A stretch of 64,000 nucleotides of DNA. Source: Rebecca billardiae RCC1528. Its lineage: Eukaryota; Protista; Haptophyta. The notes under the pieces are model-generated. The model ran no database searches. It was not told the origin of the DNA and was given only the letters and a program-made list of their open reading frames with translations. This document shows positions 12,059 to 23,827 of the stretch, one piece after another (position 1 is the stretch's first letter; the number at the start of each line of letters is the position of its first letter). The stretch is from positions 1,302,001 to 1,366,000 of the forward strand of contig OZ251231.1 in NCBI GenBank assembly GCA_965240325.2, in the 5' to 3' direction. The position numbers and the translations under genes were made by a program.

Positions 12059-15000
12059 ATGGCGCTGCTCTCCCTCGGGGTACGGCTCCTGGCGCTCGTC
12101 GCGCCAGCAGTGCACCCGGGGGCACTGCTGGGCGTCGGCAGCCCGGGTACAATCGCGCAAATCGTGTCTGGCACGGAGCACACCTGCGTCCTCTACGGCC
12201 TCGGCTTGGTCAAATGGTGCGCCGCGCGCGCGCGCCCGCCATCCGCGCCGTGAACTGCCCCCCACGCCACGCCTCACCGCCGCGCCCGCCTGCCACGGGC
12301 GACTCCGTCGCGCCGAGCAGCTTCGGGCTGGGCGACCGCGGCCAGCTCGGCTACGATGCCACCGACAACATTGGTGACAACGCCAACGAGCTCGGCATCA
12401 ACCTGCCCTTCCTTACGATGCCTGACGGCACGACGGTGACCAATCTCGGCGCCGGCGGTTCACACTCGTGCGCGGTGCTCTCTGACAGCACCGTCAGATG
12501 GTGCGCGGCGCGCGCGCACAGTGGCACATTGGCGCGTGGCGGCCGCGACACCCGCGCCCCCGCTCACGCCGCGCGCCGCGCTCCGCGGGTGCGTGCGCAG
12601 CTGGGGCCGAAACCACAGAGGCCAGCTGGGCACGGGCGACAAGACGGACGCCGGCGATGGCTTGGGCCGAGCCATGGGGAACACGCTGCCCGCGGTGAAC
12701 TTGGGGGGCTCCGCCACGCCGAGCGACGTCCGCTGCGGCAGCCTGCACACGTGCGTGCTCAGCACCATCTCGGGCACGCCCGGCATCCAGTGCTGGGGCG
12801 AGGCTGCAAACGGGCAGCTGGGCTACGAGGCCACCACCGACTTGACGAGTCCGGGCGGGCACCTCGCCTTCCTCAGCGGGAAGACCGTCAGCGCGTTCGA
12901 CGTGCACCTCGGCCTCCACGGCTGCGTGCTCTTCGACGACGGCAGCGCCACGTGCTGGGGCGAGAACGGCAGCGGGCAGCTCGGGCTTGGCGACAAACAG
13001 GACCGGGGCAAGACCTCAAACTCGATGGGCGACGACCTGCCCGTGATTGTCGGCGCCGGCACGGCCGCGGAGGTGGCGGTGGGGCTGGAGCACTCGTGCA
13101 TACGCCTCGTCGGCGGCGGGGTCAAGTGCTTCGGCGCGGGCGGCAGCGGCAGGCTGGGCTCGGCTGGCACAGGCGACATCGACGACGTGACCAGCTCACC
13201 TGAGATCTCGCTGGGCTCCGGTCTCACAGTGACCGCCCTGGTGGCAGGGGACCAGCACACGTGCGCCATCGCCAGCAGCGGCGTGCTCAAGTGGTGCGCG
13301 CGCCACCGCGTCGGCGTCGGCGTGGAAGCGCGGGGAGCGCGGGCGGGGCCGTTCTTCGCGCGGGCGGGCATCGCGCGCGCGCGCGCGTGCGCACCCAAGC
13401 CACGCCTGCGAGCGCTGGGCGAGTGCTCACGGCGCGCACGATGCCTGCCTCCTGCGCGCGCCCGTCCGCGCCCCTCCCTCCGCCCCGGCGCAGCTGGGGC
13501 GAGGCCGCCTCGGGCCAGCTCGGCTCCGGCGACAACGACGACCGCGGCAACGACGACGACGAGCTCGGCGACGCCCTCAAGCCGATCCAGCTCGGCACGG
13601 GCCGCACGTCCGCGCTGGCGAGCGCCGGGCTGGAGTTCACGTGCACGGCGCTGGACGACGGCTGGATCAAGTGGTGCGCGCGCGCGGCGCGGGCGCGGTT
13701 GCGTGCGCGCGCGCGCGGGGCGGAGCGCGGCTGCGCGGGCGTGGTGGATGGGCTCGCAGCGGAGCGAGGGGTGCCCCCGCCCGCGGCACGCGCGGCGCTG
13801 CTCTGCAGCCGCGGCCGGCGCCGCCTCGCGTCGCGTCGCACGCTCTCTGACTGACACGTTTGCTGTGGGCTGCCGGCTGCCTGGCGGGTGTTCTGCTGCT
13901 GCTGCTGCTACCGCTGCCGCGCGTGTCCGCGCAGCTTCGGCGACACCAACGCCGGCAAGCACGGGTACGGCGACACCGTCACCCGCGGCACAAGTGCCGC
14001 CACCATGGGCGATGCGCTGCCCAAAATTGGGCTGCCACCGCCGCCGCCGCCGAGTCCGCCGCCGTCGCCGCCGCCGAGCCCACCGCCGAGCCCACCGCCG
14101 AGCCCACCGCCGTCACCGCCGCCGTCGCCGCCGCCGAGCCCACCGCCCAGCCCGCCGCCGAGCCCGCCGCCTTCGCCTCCGCCGAGCCCGCCGCCCTCGC
14201 CACCACCGTCGCCGCCGCCATCGCCGCCGCCGCCATCGCCACCGCCGAGCCCGCCGCCATCACCGCCGCCGTCGCCACCGCCGTCGCCGCCACCGCCGTC
14301 GCCTCCTCCGAGCCCGCCGCCGTCGCCGCCGCCGAGTCCACCACCACCGGTGCCGCCCCCGCTGCCGCCGCCTAGCCCACCACCCTCGCCGCCACCCAGC
14401 CCGCCGCCCAGCCCGCCGCCCAGCCCGCCGCCGAGCCCGCCACCATCACCGCCGCCATCACCACCACCATCACCGCCGCCGAGCCCGCCACCCTCGCCTC
14501 CGCCACCGTCGCCCCCACCATCACCGCCGCCAAGCCCGCCGCCAAGCCCGCCGCCGAGCCCGCCGCCGAGCCCACCACCAAGCCCGCCGCCGTCGCCGCC
14601 GCCGTCGCCACCCCCGAGCCCACCGCCATCGCCACCGCCCTCGCCGCCGCCGAGCCCGCCACCCTCGCCGCCGCCGAGCCCACCACCGCCGAGCCCACCG
14701 CCATCGCCACCGCCGTCGCCGCCGCCATCGCCGCCGCCATCGCCTCCGCCGAGCCCACCGCCCTCCCCGCCGCCATCGCCCCCGCCATCGCCTCCGCCGC
14801 CCTCGCCTCCGCCCTCACCACCGCCCTCCCCGCCACCGAGCCCGCCGCCTTCGCCGCCGCCTTCGCCGCCGCCATCGCCGCCACCAAGCCCACCGCCGAG
14901 CCCACCACCAAGCCCGCCGCCATCGCCGCCGCCGTCGCCACCCCCGAGCCCACCGCCATCGCCGCCTCCGAGCCCGCCTCCGCCCTCGCCGCCGCCGAGC

Positions 15001-18000
15001 CCGCCGCCCTCGCCGCCGCCCTCGCCTCCGCCCTCGCCACCGCCCAGCCCTCCGCCCAGCCCACCACCATCGCCACCGCCCAGCCCGCCGCCGCCGAGCC
15101 CGCCGCCGAGCCCGCCGCCATCCCCGCCGCCCTCGCCACCACCGTCGCCTCCGCCGAGCCCACCACCCTCGCCGCCGCCCAGCCCACCGCCCTCACCCCC
15201 GCCACCATCGCCGCCACCATCGCCACCACCGAGCCCACCGCCGAGCCCACCGCCAAGCCCACCGCCGTCGCCGCCACCGAGCCCGCCGCCCAGTCCACCA
15301 CCGTCGCCGCCGCCTTCGCCGCCGCCGAGCCCACCGCCGAGCCCGCCGCCGAGCCCACCACCACCCTCGCCGCCGCCGAGCCCGCCGCCCAGTCCACCAC
15401 CATCGCCGCCGCCGTCGCCCCCACCGAGCCCGCCACCTTCGCCGCCGCCCTCGCCTCCGCCGAGCCCGCCGCCCTCACCGCCGCCGAGCCCACCGCCCTC
15501 ACCACCGCCAAGCCCACCGCCGCCCGGCCCGCCGCCGAGCCCGCCGCCATCCCCGCCGCCCTCGCCGCCACCGTCGCCTCCGCCGAGCCCACCACCCTCG
15601 CCGCCGCCCAGCCCACCGCCCTCACCCCCGCCACCATCGCCGCCACCATCGCCACCACCGAGCCCACCGCCGAGCCCACCGCCAAGCCCACCGCCGTCGC
15701 CACCACCGAGCCCGCCGCCCAGTCCACCACCGTCGCCGCCGCCTTCGCCGCCGCCGAGCCCACCGCCGAGCCCGCCGCCGAGCCCACCACCACCCTCGCC
15801 GCCGCCGAGCCCGCCGCCCAGTCCACCACCATCGCCGCCGCCGTCGCCCCCACCGAGCCCGCCACCTTCGCCGCCGCCCTCGCCTCCGCCGAGCCCGCCG
15901 CCCTCACCGCCGCCGAGCCCACCGCCCTCACCACCGCCAAGCCCACCGCCGCCCAGCCCGCCGCCGAGCCCGCCGCCATCCCCGCCGCCCTCGCCGCCAC
16001 CGTCGCCTCCGCCGAGCCCACCACCCTCGCCGCCGCCCAGCCCACCGCCCTCACCCCCGCCACCATCGCCACCACCGTCGCCACCACCGAGCCCACCGCC
16101 GAGCCCACCGCCAAGCCCACCGCCGTCGCCACCACCGAGCCCGCCGCCCAGCCCACCGCCCTCACCCCCTCCGCCGTCGCCGCCACCATCGCCACCACCG
16201 AGCCCACCGCCGAGCCCGCCACCAAGCCCACCACCCTCGCCGCCGCCCAGCCCGCCGCCCAGCCCACCACCATCGCCGCCGCCTTCGCCGCCGCCGAGCC
16301 CGCCGCCGAGCCCGCCGCCGAGCCCACCGCCGCCGTCGCCGCCGCCGAGCCCGCCACCTTCGCCGCCGCCCTCGCCTCCGCCGAGCCCGCCGCCCTCACC
16401 GCCGCCGAGCCCACCGCCCTCACCACCGCCCAGCCCGCCGCCGCCATCGCCACCACCAAGCCCGCCGCCGAGCCCACCGCCGAGCCCACCGCCGAGCCCG
16501 CCACCGAGCCCACCGCCCTCGCCGCCGCCCAGCCCACCGCCCTCACCCCCGCCACCATCGCCGCCACCATCGCCACCACCGAGCCCACCGCCGAGCCCAC
16601 CGCCAAGCCCACCGCCATCGCCGCCTCCCAGCCCGCCACCCAGTCCACCACCATCGCCGCCGCCTTCTCCGCCGCCGAGCCCACCGCCGAGCCCACCGCC
16701 GAGTCCACCACCGCCCTCGCCGCCGCCCAGCCCGCCGCCCAGCCCGCCACCGAGCCCGCCGCCCTCGCCTCCACCGAGCCCGCCGCCTTCGCCTCCGCCC
16801 TCGCCTCCGCCGAGCCCACCTCCCTCGCCGCCGCCAAGCCCGCCGCCGAGCCCGCCACCAAGCCCACCACCGTCGCCTCCGCCATCACCGCCGCCGAGCC
16901 CGCCGCCGAGCCCACCTCCACCGAGCCCACCGCCGAGCCCGCCACCATCGCCACCACCATCGCCGCCGCCGAGCCCGCCGCCGAGCCCGCCACCATCCCC
17001 ACCACCGTCACCGCCACCAAGCCCACCTCCGCCAAGCCCGCCGCCGAGCCCACCGCCGAGCCCACCGCCGAGCCCGCCGCCATCACCACCACCAAGCCCG
17101 CCGCCGAGCCCACCGCCGAGCCCACCGCCGAGCCCGCCACCGAGCCCACCACCCTCGCCGCCGCCACGCCCGCCGCCATCACCGCCGCCGAGCCCGCCCC
17201 CCTCGCCGCCGCCGAGCCCACCGCCGAGCCCGCCACCGAGCCCGCCGCCCTCGCCACCGCCGAGCCCGCCGCCCTCGCCACCACCGTCGCCGCCGCCGAG
17301 CCCTCCGCCAAGCCCACCTCCGCCAAGCCCACCGCCGAGCCCGCCTCCAAGTCCGCCCCCAAGCCCGCCGCCGTCCCCGCCGCCGTCGCCACCACCCAGC
17401 CCGCCTCCGAGCCCGCCACCCTCGCCACCGCCGAGCCCGCCACCGAGCCCGCCACCGTCGCCACCGCCACGCCCGCCGCCTTCACCGCCACCGAGCCCGC
17501 CGCCCTCGCCGCCGCCGAGCCCACCGCCGAGCCCGCCGCCGAGCCCGCCGCCCTCGCCGCCGCCAAGCCCGCCGCCCTCGCCGCCGCCGAGCCCGCCGCC
17601 CTCGCCGCCGCCGAGCCCGCCACCACGACCACCGCCGAGCCCGCCTCCGAGCCCGCCTCCGAGCCCGCCGCCCTCGCCGCCGCCAAGCCCGCCGCCCTCG
17701 CCGCCACCAAGCCCGCCACCCTCGCCACCGCCGAGCCCGCCACCGAGCCCACCACCCTCGCCACCGCCACGCCCGCCGCCTTCACCGCCACCGAGCCCGC
17801 CGCCCTCGCCGCCGCCGAGCCCACCGCCGAGCCCGCCTCCGAGCCCGCCGCCCTCGCCACCGCCAAGCCCGCCGCCCTCGCCACCGCCAAGCCCGCCGCC
17901 CTCGCCGCCGCCGAGCCCGCCACCAAGCCCACCGCCGAGCCCGCCGCCGAGCCCGCCGCCAAGCCCGCCGCCAAGCCCGCCGCCGAGCCCGCCGCCAAGC

Positions 18001-21000
18001 CCGCCGCCATCACCGCCACCGAGCCCGCCACCTTCGCCGCCGCCCAGCCCGCCGCCCAGCCCGCCGCCCTCGCCACCGCCATCACCGCCACCATCACCAC
18101 CGCCAAGCCCTCCACCGTCGCCGCCACCATCCCCTCCGCCCAGCCCGCCGCCCAGCCCACCTCCTTCTCCGCCACCATCGCCGCCACCATCGCCCCCGCC
18201 GAGCCCACCGCCGAGTCCGCCACCGAGCCCTCCGCCCTCGCCTCCGCCAAGCCCACCGCCCTCTCCACCGCCCTCGCCACCACCAAGCCCACCGCCGAGC
18301 CCGCCGCCCTCGCCGCCACCAAGCCCACCGCCCAGTCCGCCGCCCAGCCCGCCGCCAAGCCCTCCACCGTCGCCACCTCCAAGCCCGCCACCGAGCCCGC
18401 CGCCTTCGCCGCCGCCCTCGCCACCACCGAGTCCACCGCCCTCGCCGCCGCCAAGCCCGCCACCGAGCCCGCCGCCAAGCCCGCCGCCATCGCCACCACC
18501 AAGCCCACCGCCCAGCCCGCCGCCCAGCCCGCCGCCCAGCCCTCCGCCCAGCCCGCCACCGAGCCCACCGCCGAGCCCGCCACCGAGCCCGCCGCCGAGC
18601 CCGCCGCCGAGCCCGCCGCCATCACCTCCGCCGAGCCCGCCACCCTCGCCGCCGCCATCACCGCCGCCCAGCCCACCGCCCAGCCCACCGCCCAGCCCGC
18701 CGCCGAGCCCACCGCCGAGCCCGCCGCCGAGCCCGCCGCCGAGCCCACCGCCCAGCCCACCGCCATCACCTCCGCCGAGCCCGCCACCCTCGCCGCCACC
18801 CAGCCCGCCGCCCTCGCCACCGCCGAGCCCCCCGCCCTCGCCGCCGCCATCACCGCCGCCGAGCCCACCGCCGTCGCCGCCTCCGTCGCCGCCGCCAAGC
18901 CCGCCGCCGTCACCGCCGCCATCGCCGCCGCCGAGCCCGCCCCCGAGCCCGCCTCCGAGCCCACCTCCGAGCCCGCCGCCATCACCTCCGCCGAGCCCGC
19001 CACCCTCGCCGCCGCCCAGCCCGCCGCCCAGCCCACCGCCCTCGCCGCCCCCAAGCCCCCCGCCCAGCCCTCCGCCCTCGCCACCACCGAGCCCTCCGCC
19101 CTCGCCGCCGCCCTCACCGCCGCCAAGTCCACCGCCGTCGCCGCCACCGTCGCCGCCACCGAGCCCGCCGCCATCACCACCGCCATCGCCGCCGCCGAGC
19201 CCGCCGCCGAGCCCGCCGCCATCGCCGCCGCCATCGCCGCCGCCGAGCCCGCCGCCGAGCCCGCCGCCCTCCCCGCCACCTTCGCCGCCGCCCTCGCCTC
19301 CGCCAAGCCCGCCACCCTCGCCGCCACCGAGCCCACCACCCTCGCCACCGCCCTCGCCGCCACCGAGTCCACCGCCGTCGCCACCGCCATCGCCGCCGCC
19401 ATCGCCGCCGCCATCGCCGCCGCCATCGCCGCCGCCATCGCCGCCGCCATCGCCGCCACCGAGCCCACCGCCGTCGCCGCCGCCCAGCCCGCCGCCCAGC
19501 CCGCCGCCCAGCCCGCCGCCCAGCCCGCCGCCCAGCCCGCCGCCCAGCCCGCCGCCCAGCCCGCCGCCCAGCCCGCCGCCCAGCCCGCCGCCCAGCCCGC
19601 CGCCCAGCCCGCCGCCGAGCCCGCCGCCCAGCCCGCCGCCCAGCCCGCCACCCAGCCCACCGCCGTCGCCGCCGCCCAGCCCGCCGCCCAGCCCTCCGCC
19701 GAGCCCGCCACCGAGCCCGCCACCGAGCCCGCCGCCAAGCCCACCTCCATCGCCGCCGCCGGGCCCGCCGCCGAGCCCGCCTCCCAGCCCACCACCCTCA
19801 CCGCCTCCGAGCCCACCGCCGTCACCACCGCCGTCACCGCCACCGAGGCCGCCACCGAGCCCACCACCGAGCCCGCCGCCGAGCCCACCGCCGTCACCGC
19901 CGCCGTCACCGCCGCCGTCACCGCCGCCGCACCCGCCGCCCTCCCCACCGCCCTCGCCGCCGCCATCCCCACCGCCGTCGTCCCCGCCTGGAGCACCCAG
20001 CCCACCGCCGCCTCCGCCCCTCAGCCCGCCCAGGCCGCCACCGTCGACGCCGCCACCCAGCCCGCCGCCGAGCCCGCCGCCGCCGCCGCGCACGGAGCCT
20101 TTCCCGCCACCCTCGCCGCCGAGCCCGCCGCCCTCGCCACCGCCGTCGCCGCCACCGAGCCCACCACCGAGCCCACCACCGTACTCGCCGCCAAGCCCGC
20201 CGCCGAGCCCGCCGCCGAGCCCGCCGCCGAGCCCGCCGCCGAGCCCGCCACCGAGCCCGCCGCCGTTGCCGCCGCCGCCGCCGCGCACCGAGCCGTTCCC
20301 GCCGCCGTCGCCGCCGAACCCGCCGCCATCGCCGCCGCCTTCGCCGCCGCCGAGCCCGCCGCCATCACCGCCACCATCGCCACCGCCGAGCCCGCCGCCG
20401 CTGCCGCCGCCGAGCCCGCCGCCGAGCCCGCCGCCGAGCCCGCCACCGAGCCCACCTCCGCTGCCACCGCCGCCGCCGCGCACCGAGCCGTTCCCGCCAC
20501 CGTCGCCGCCCTCGCCGCCGCCGTCGCCACCACCCTCGCCGCCGCCGAGCGCGCCGCCGCCGCGTCCGCCGCCATCGCCGCCGCCATCGCCGCCGCCGAC
20601 GCCGCCGCCGCCGAGCCCACCGCCGAGCCCACCTCCGCTGCCACCGCCGCCGCCGCGCACCGAGCCGTTCCCGCCACCGTCGCCGCCCAAGCCGCCGCCC
20701 TCGCCGCCGCCCTCGCCGCCGCCGAGCCCGCCGCCATCACCCCCGCCACTTGAGCCGCCGCACCCGCCACCGTCGCCGCCGCCGAGCCCGCCACCCTTGC
20801 CACCGCCACCGTCGCCCCCAACCCCACCGCCGTCACCGCCGCCGCCGCCGCGCACCGAGCCCTTCCCACCGCCCTCGCCGCCGAGCCCGCCGCCCGCGCC
20901 GCCGCCCTCGCCGCCGCCCAGCCCGCCGCCGCCGCCGCCGCCAATGCCGCCGCCCTCGCCCCGTGCGCCGCCGCCGGTACCGCCCTCACCTCCACCGTCG

Positions 21001-22688
21001 CCGCCGCCGCCATTCCCGCCGCCGAGCCCGCCGCCGAGCCCGCCGCCGCTGCCGCCGCCGCCGCCGCGTACGGAGCCGTTCCCGCCGCCGTCGCCGCCGA
21101 GCCCGCCGCCGTCGCCGCCTCCGCCGAGCCCGCCGCCGCTGCCACCCAGCCCGCCACCGTCACCGCCGCCCTCGCCCCCGCCGAGCTCGCCGCCCTCGCC
21201 GCCGCCAAGCCCGCCGCCGCCAAGCCCGCCGCCGAGCCCGCCGCCGAGCCCGCCGCCGAGCCCGCCGCCGAGCCCGCCGCCGAGCCCGCCGCCGCCGCCG
21301 CGCGTCGCGCCCTTTCCACCGCCGTCGCCGCCGAGCCTGCCGCCATCCGCGCCGCCGTCCGCGCCGCCGCCGCCGCCGCCGCCGCTCGTCCGAGCGTTGG
21401 TCTTCGGCATGGAGCCGAGCGCCGTCGCGCTGCCACCTGCTCCGGACGCGAACGCGACCGATGGCGGCGGCGGGCGGCGGCGTCTGCAGGGGGGCGGCGG
21501 CGGCGCGGCGGCACCGGTGCCGAGCGTGCTCACGCTGCACGGGCGCGGCTTTGCGTCCGGCGCGCTCGATGAGGGCGCCGGTGTGTTCTGCACGCTCCAC
21601 GCGGCCGCGGACGCGTCCGGGGACCCCCCGAGCGCCGCGCAGATTGTGAGCGGCGCCGCGCCCGCCGTCGCCACACTCAACGGCACGCTGGCCGACGACG
21701 AGAGAGTGGAGTGCTTTCTGCCGCCCTCCCTCGCGTCTCTCGGCGCGGGCGTATACGCCGTGTCACTCAGCCTCGAGCCCGGCGGCGCGGCCGTGCCCTC
21801 GCTCTTCGGCCCGCCGTCGCTCCGGCTGTACGACTTTGGCGCACAGGTGGCGCTGCTGGGCGTCGCGCCGGCCAGCGGCCCTTTGCGCGGCGGCACGGTG
21901 GTTACTCTCAGCGGCCGAAACTTTGAGCTGGCCGCGGCGGGCGCGGGCGGCGGCGGCGCGTCGTCGTCGTCGCGGCTGTGCTGCGTGCTGCCTGCGGGCG
22001 TCGGAGGGCAGGGCGACGGCTGCGCCTCGCCCGCGACGCTACTGCGCCCGCTCAACGGCACGAGCCGCGCGCGCTGCGTCGCGCCGAGTGCGCACGCCGC
22101 GGGCGCGCGCACCCTCGAGCTCGCGCTCCGCGCGGACGGCGACGGCGGCGGCGCGCGCGCGCCGCGCACCGCCTCCGGCACGCGCTTCGACTACTACGAC
22201 GACTCCGCCGTGCGCGTGCTCTCCGTCACGCCGGCGCGCGGCGTCGCGCGCGTGATGACGATCGTCGCCGTCGCGGGCGCGGGGGAGCTGCTGCGCGGCG
22301 AGAGCGTCCGTGCCGTCTTTGGCGCAGCGGCCGCGGAGCCGCCGCGGCCGGACGCGCTGGGCGCGGGCGTGCTGATGCAGCGCGCGGTGTACGCGGGGGC
22401 GCGCTCCGCGCCCGGCCGGCGCGTGCAGCTCTTCGTCACGCTCAACGGCCAGCAGTGGGTTCCCCGCGAGCCCAACGGCTCCGAAGCAGTTTGGTTCGAG
22501 TATGAAGAGGCGCCGCACGCGCCCGCGCTCGAGGGTGCGCACTTCGACCCGGGGAGCGGCGCGGCGCTGTTGCTCCGCTTCGACGCGCAGCCGACCGACC
22601 GCGCGGGGATGGGCAGCGGCCTCGGCCGCTGCGACGCGGTGCTCGACGACGAGACGCTCGAGCTGGTGCGCGGAGGAGGTGGCGCCGT

Positions 22689-22721
<33 letters not shown>

Positions 22722-23792
22722 CAGCGACGGCGGTGCGGACGCCGACGGCAGCGATGGCGGTGCGGACAGCGAGCCCGCGTGCCACTGGCGCGATGACTCG
22801 ACGCTGGTCATCCGGCTCAGCGGCGCGACGCGCGCCGCGCCCGGCTCGCGCGTCGGCGTGCGCGCGGGCGCGGTGCGGCCCGCGGCGTGCGCGGACGCAC
22901 CGTGTGCGGACGACGTTGCCGCGGGCAACGACGCAGCGTCCGTGCGTGTCGACCCCGACGCGCCGTGCGGCGACGCGCCGTGCCCGACGCCCGTGGCGGT
23001 GCTCCGTGCCCCCGAGACGCTCTCGGCGTGTGCCAACGAGTCGCTCGTGCTCGACGGCGGCGCGTCGAGCCGCGGCGGCGTCGCGCCGCCGAGCTTCAGC
23101 TGGGGCCTCGACCTGACCGCGTCGGGCGCGGGCGCGGCGGCGGTGGACGGCGCGCTGCGCGCGCTCCCGCCGTCCGCTTCGAGCGTGAGCCTGCGTGAGC
23201 TCCCCGCCGCCACGTCCACGCGCGGCTTGGTCGTCGCGCTGCGAGTCACCTCGTTCCTCGGCGCGAGGTCGGACCTCGCGTGGGCGGAGGTGCGGCGCGC
23301 GCGCACGCCCGCGCCGGCGGTTACTATCGACGGCGCGCCCGCGAGCGCGGTGCGCGCGGACAGGCCGCTGGAGCTCCTGGCAAGGGTGAGCCAGCTGCCG
23401 CCGTGCTGGCCGGCGGAGCTGCGCGGCCGCGTGGAGCTGCGCTGGCGCGCGCTGCGCGCGACGCCGCTCGACGCCGCCGCCGCGGCCGAGCCCGCGCCCA
23501 CCCCGACGCTCGCGCCGTGGGCGCACGACGCGCACCTGCGCGTGCCGGCGCGCGCGCTGCGCGCCGCGCACGCCTACGAGTTCGAGGTTGTCGCGCGCAT
23601 GGCGGACGAGCCGCGCGCGGCGTCGAGCGCGCGCGCGACGGTGGTCGTGCGCCGCTCGGCGCCGGTCGTCGCGCTCGCCGAGGCCGCGCGCGTCGTCGGC
23701 GAGACCGAGCCGTTGCTAGCCGACGCGTCGTCCAGCTACGACCCCGGCTCGGGGCGCGGCTCGGACGCGCTCGAGTTTTCGTGGCGGCTCGC

Positions 23793-23827
<35 letters not shown>

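Noticed and set aside
12521-22181. 3042-aa Arg/His-rich (+), 2757-aa Gly-rich (-) and 1877-aa Ala/Gly-rich (-) ORFs
   Set aside because: Stop-free shadow frames of the SPPP repeat. Only the SPPP frame joins the RCC1 and REJ/GPS domains.
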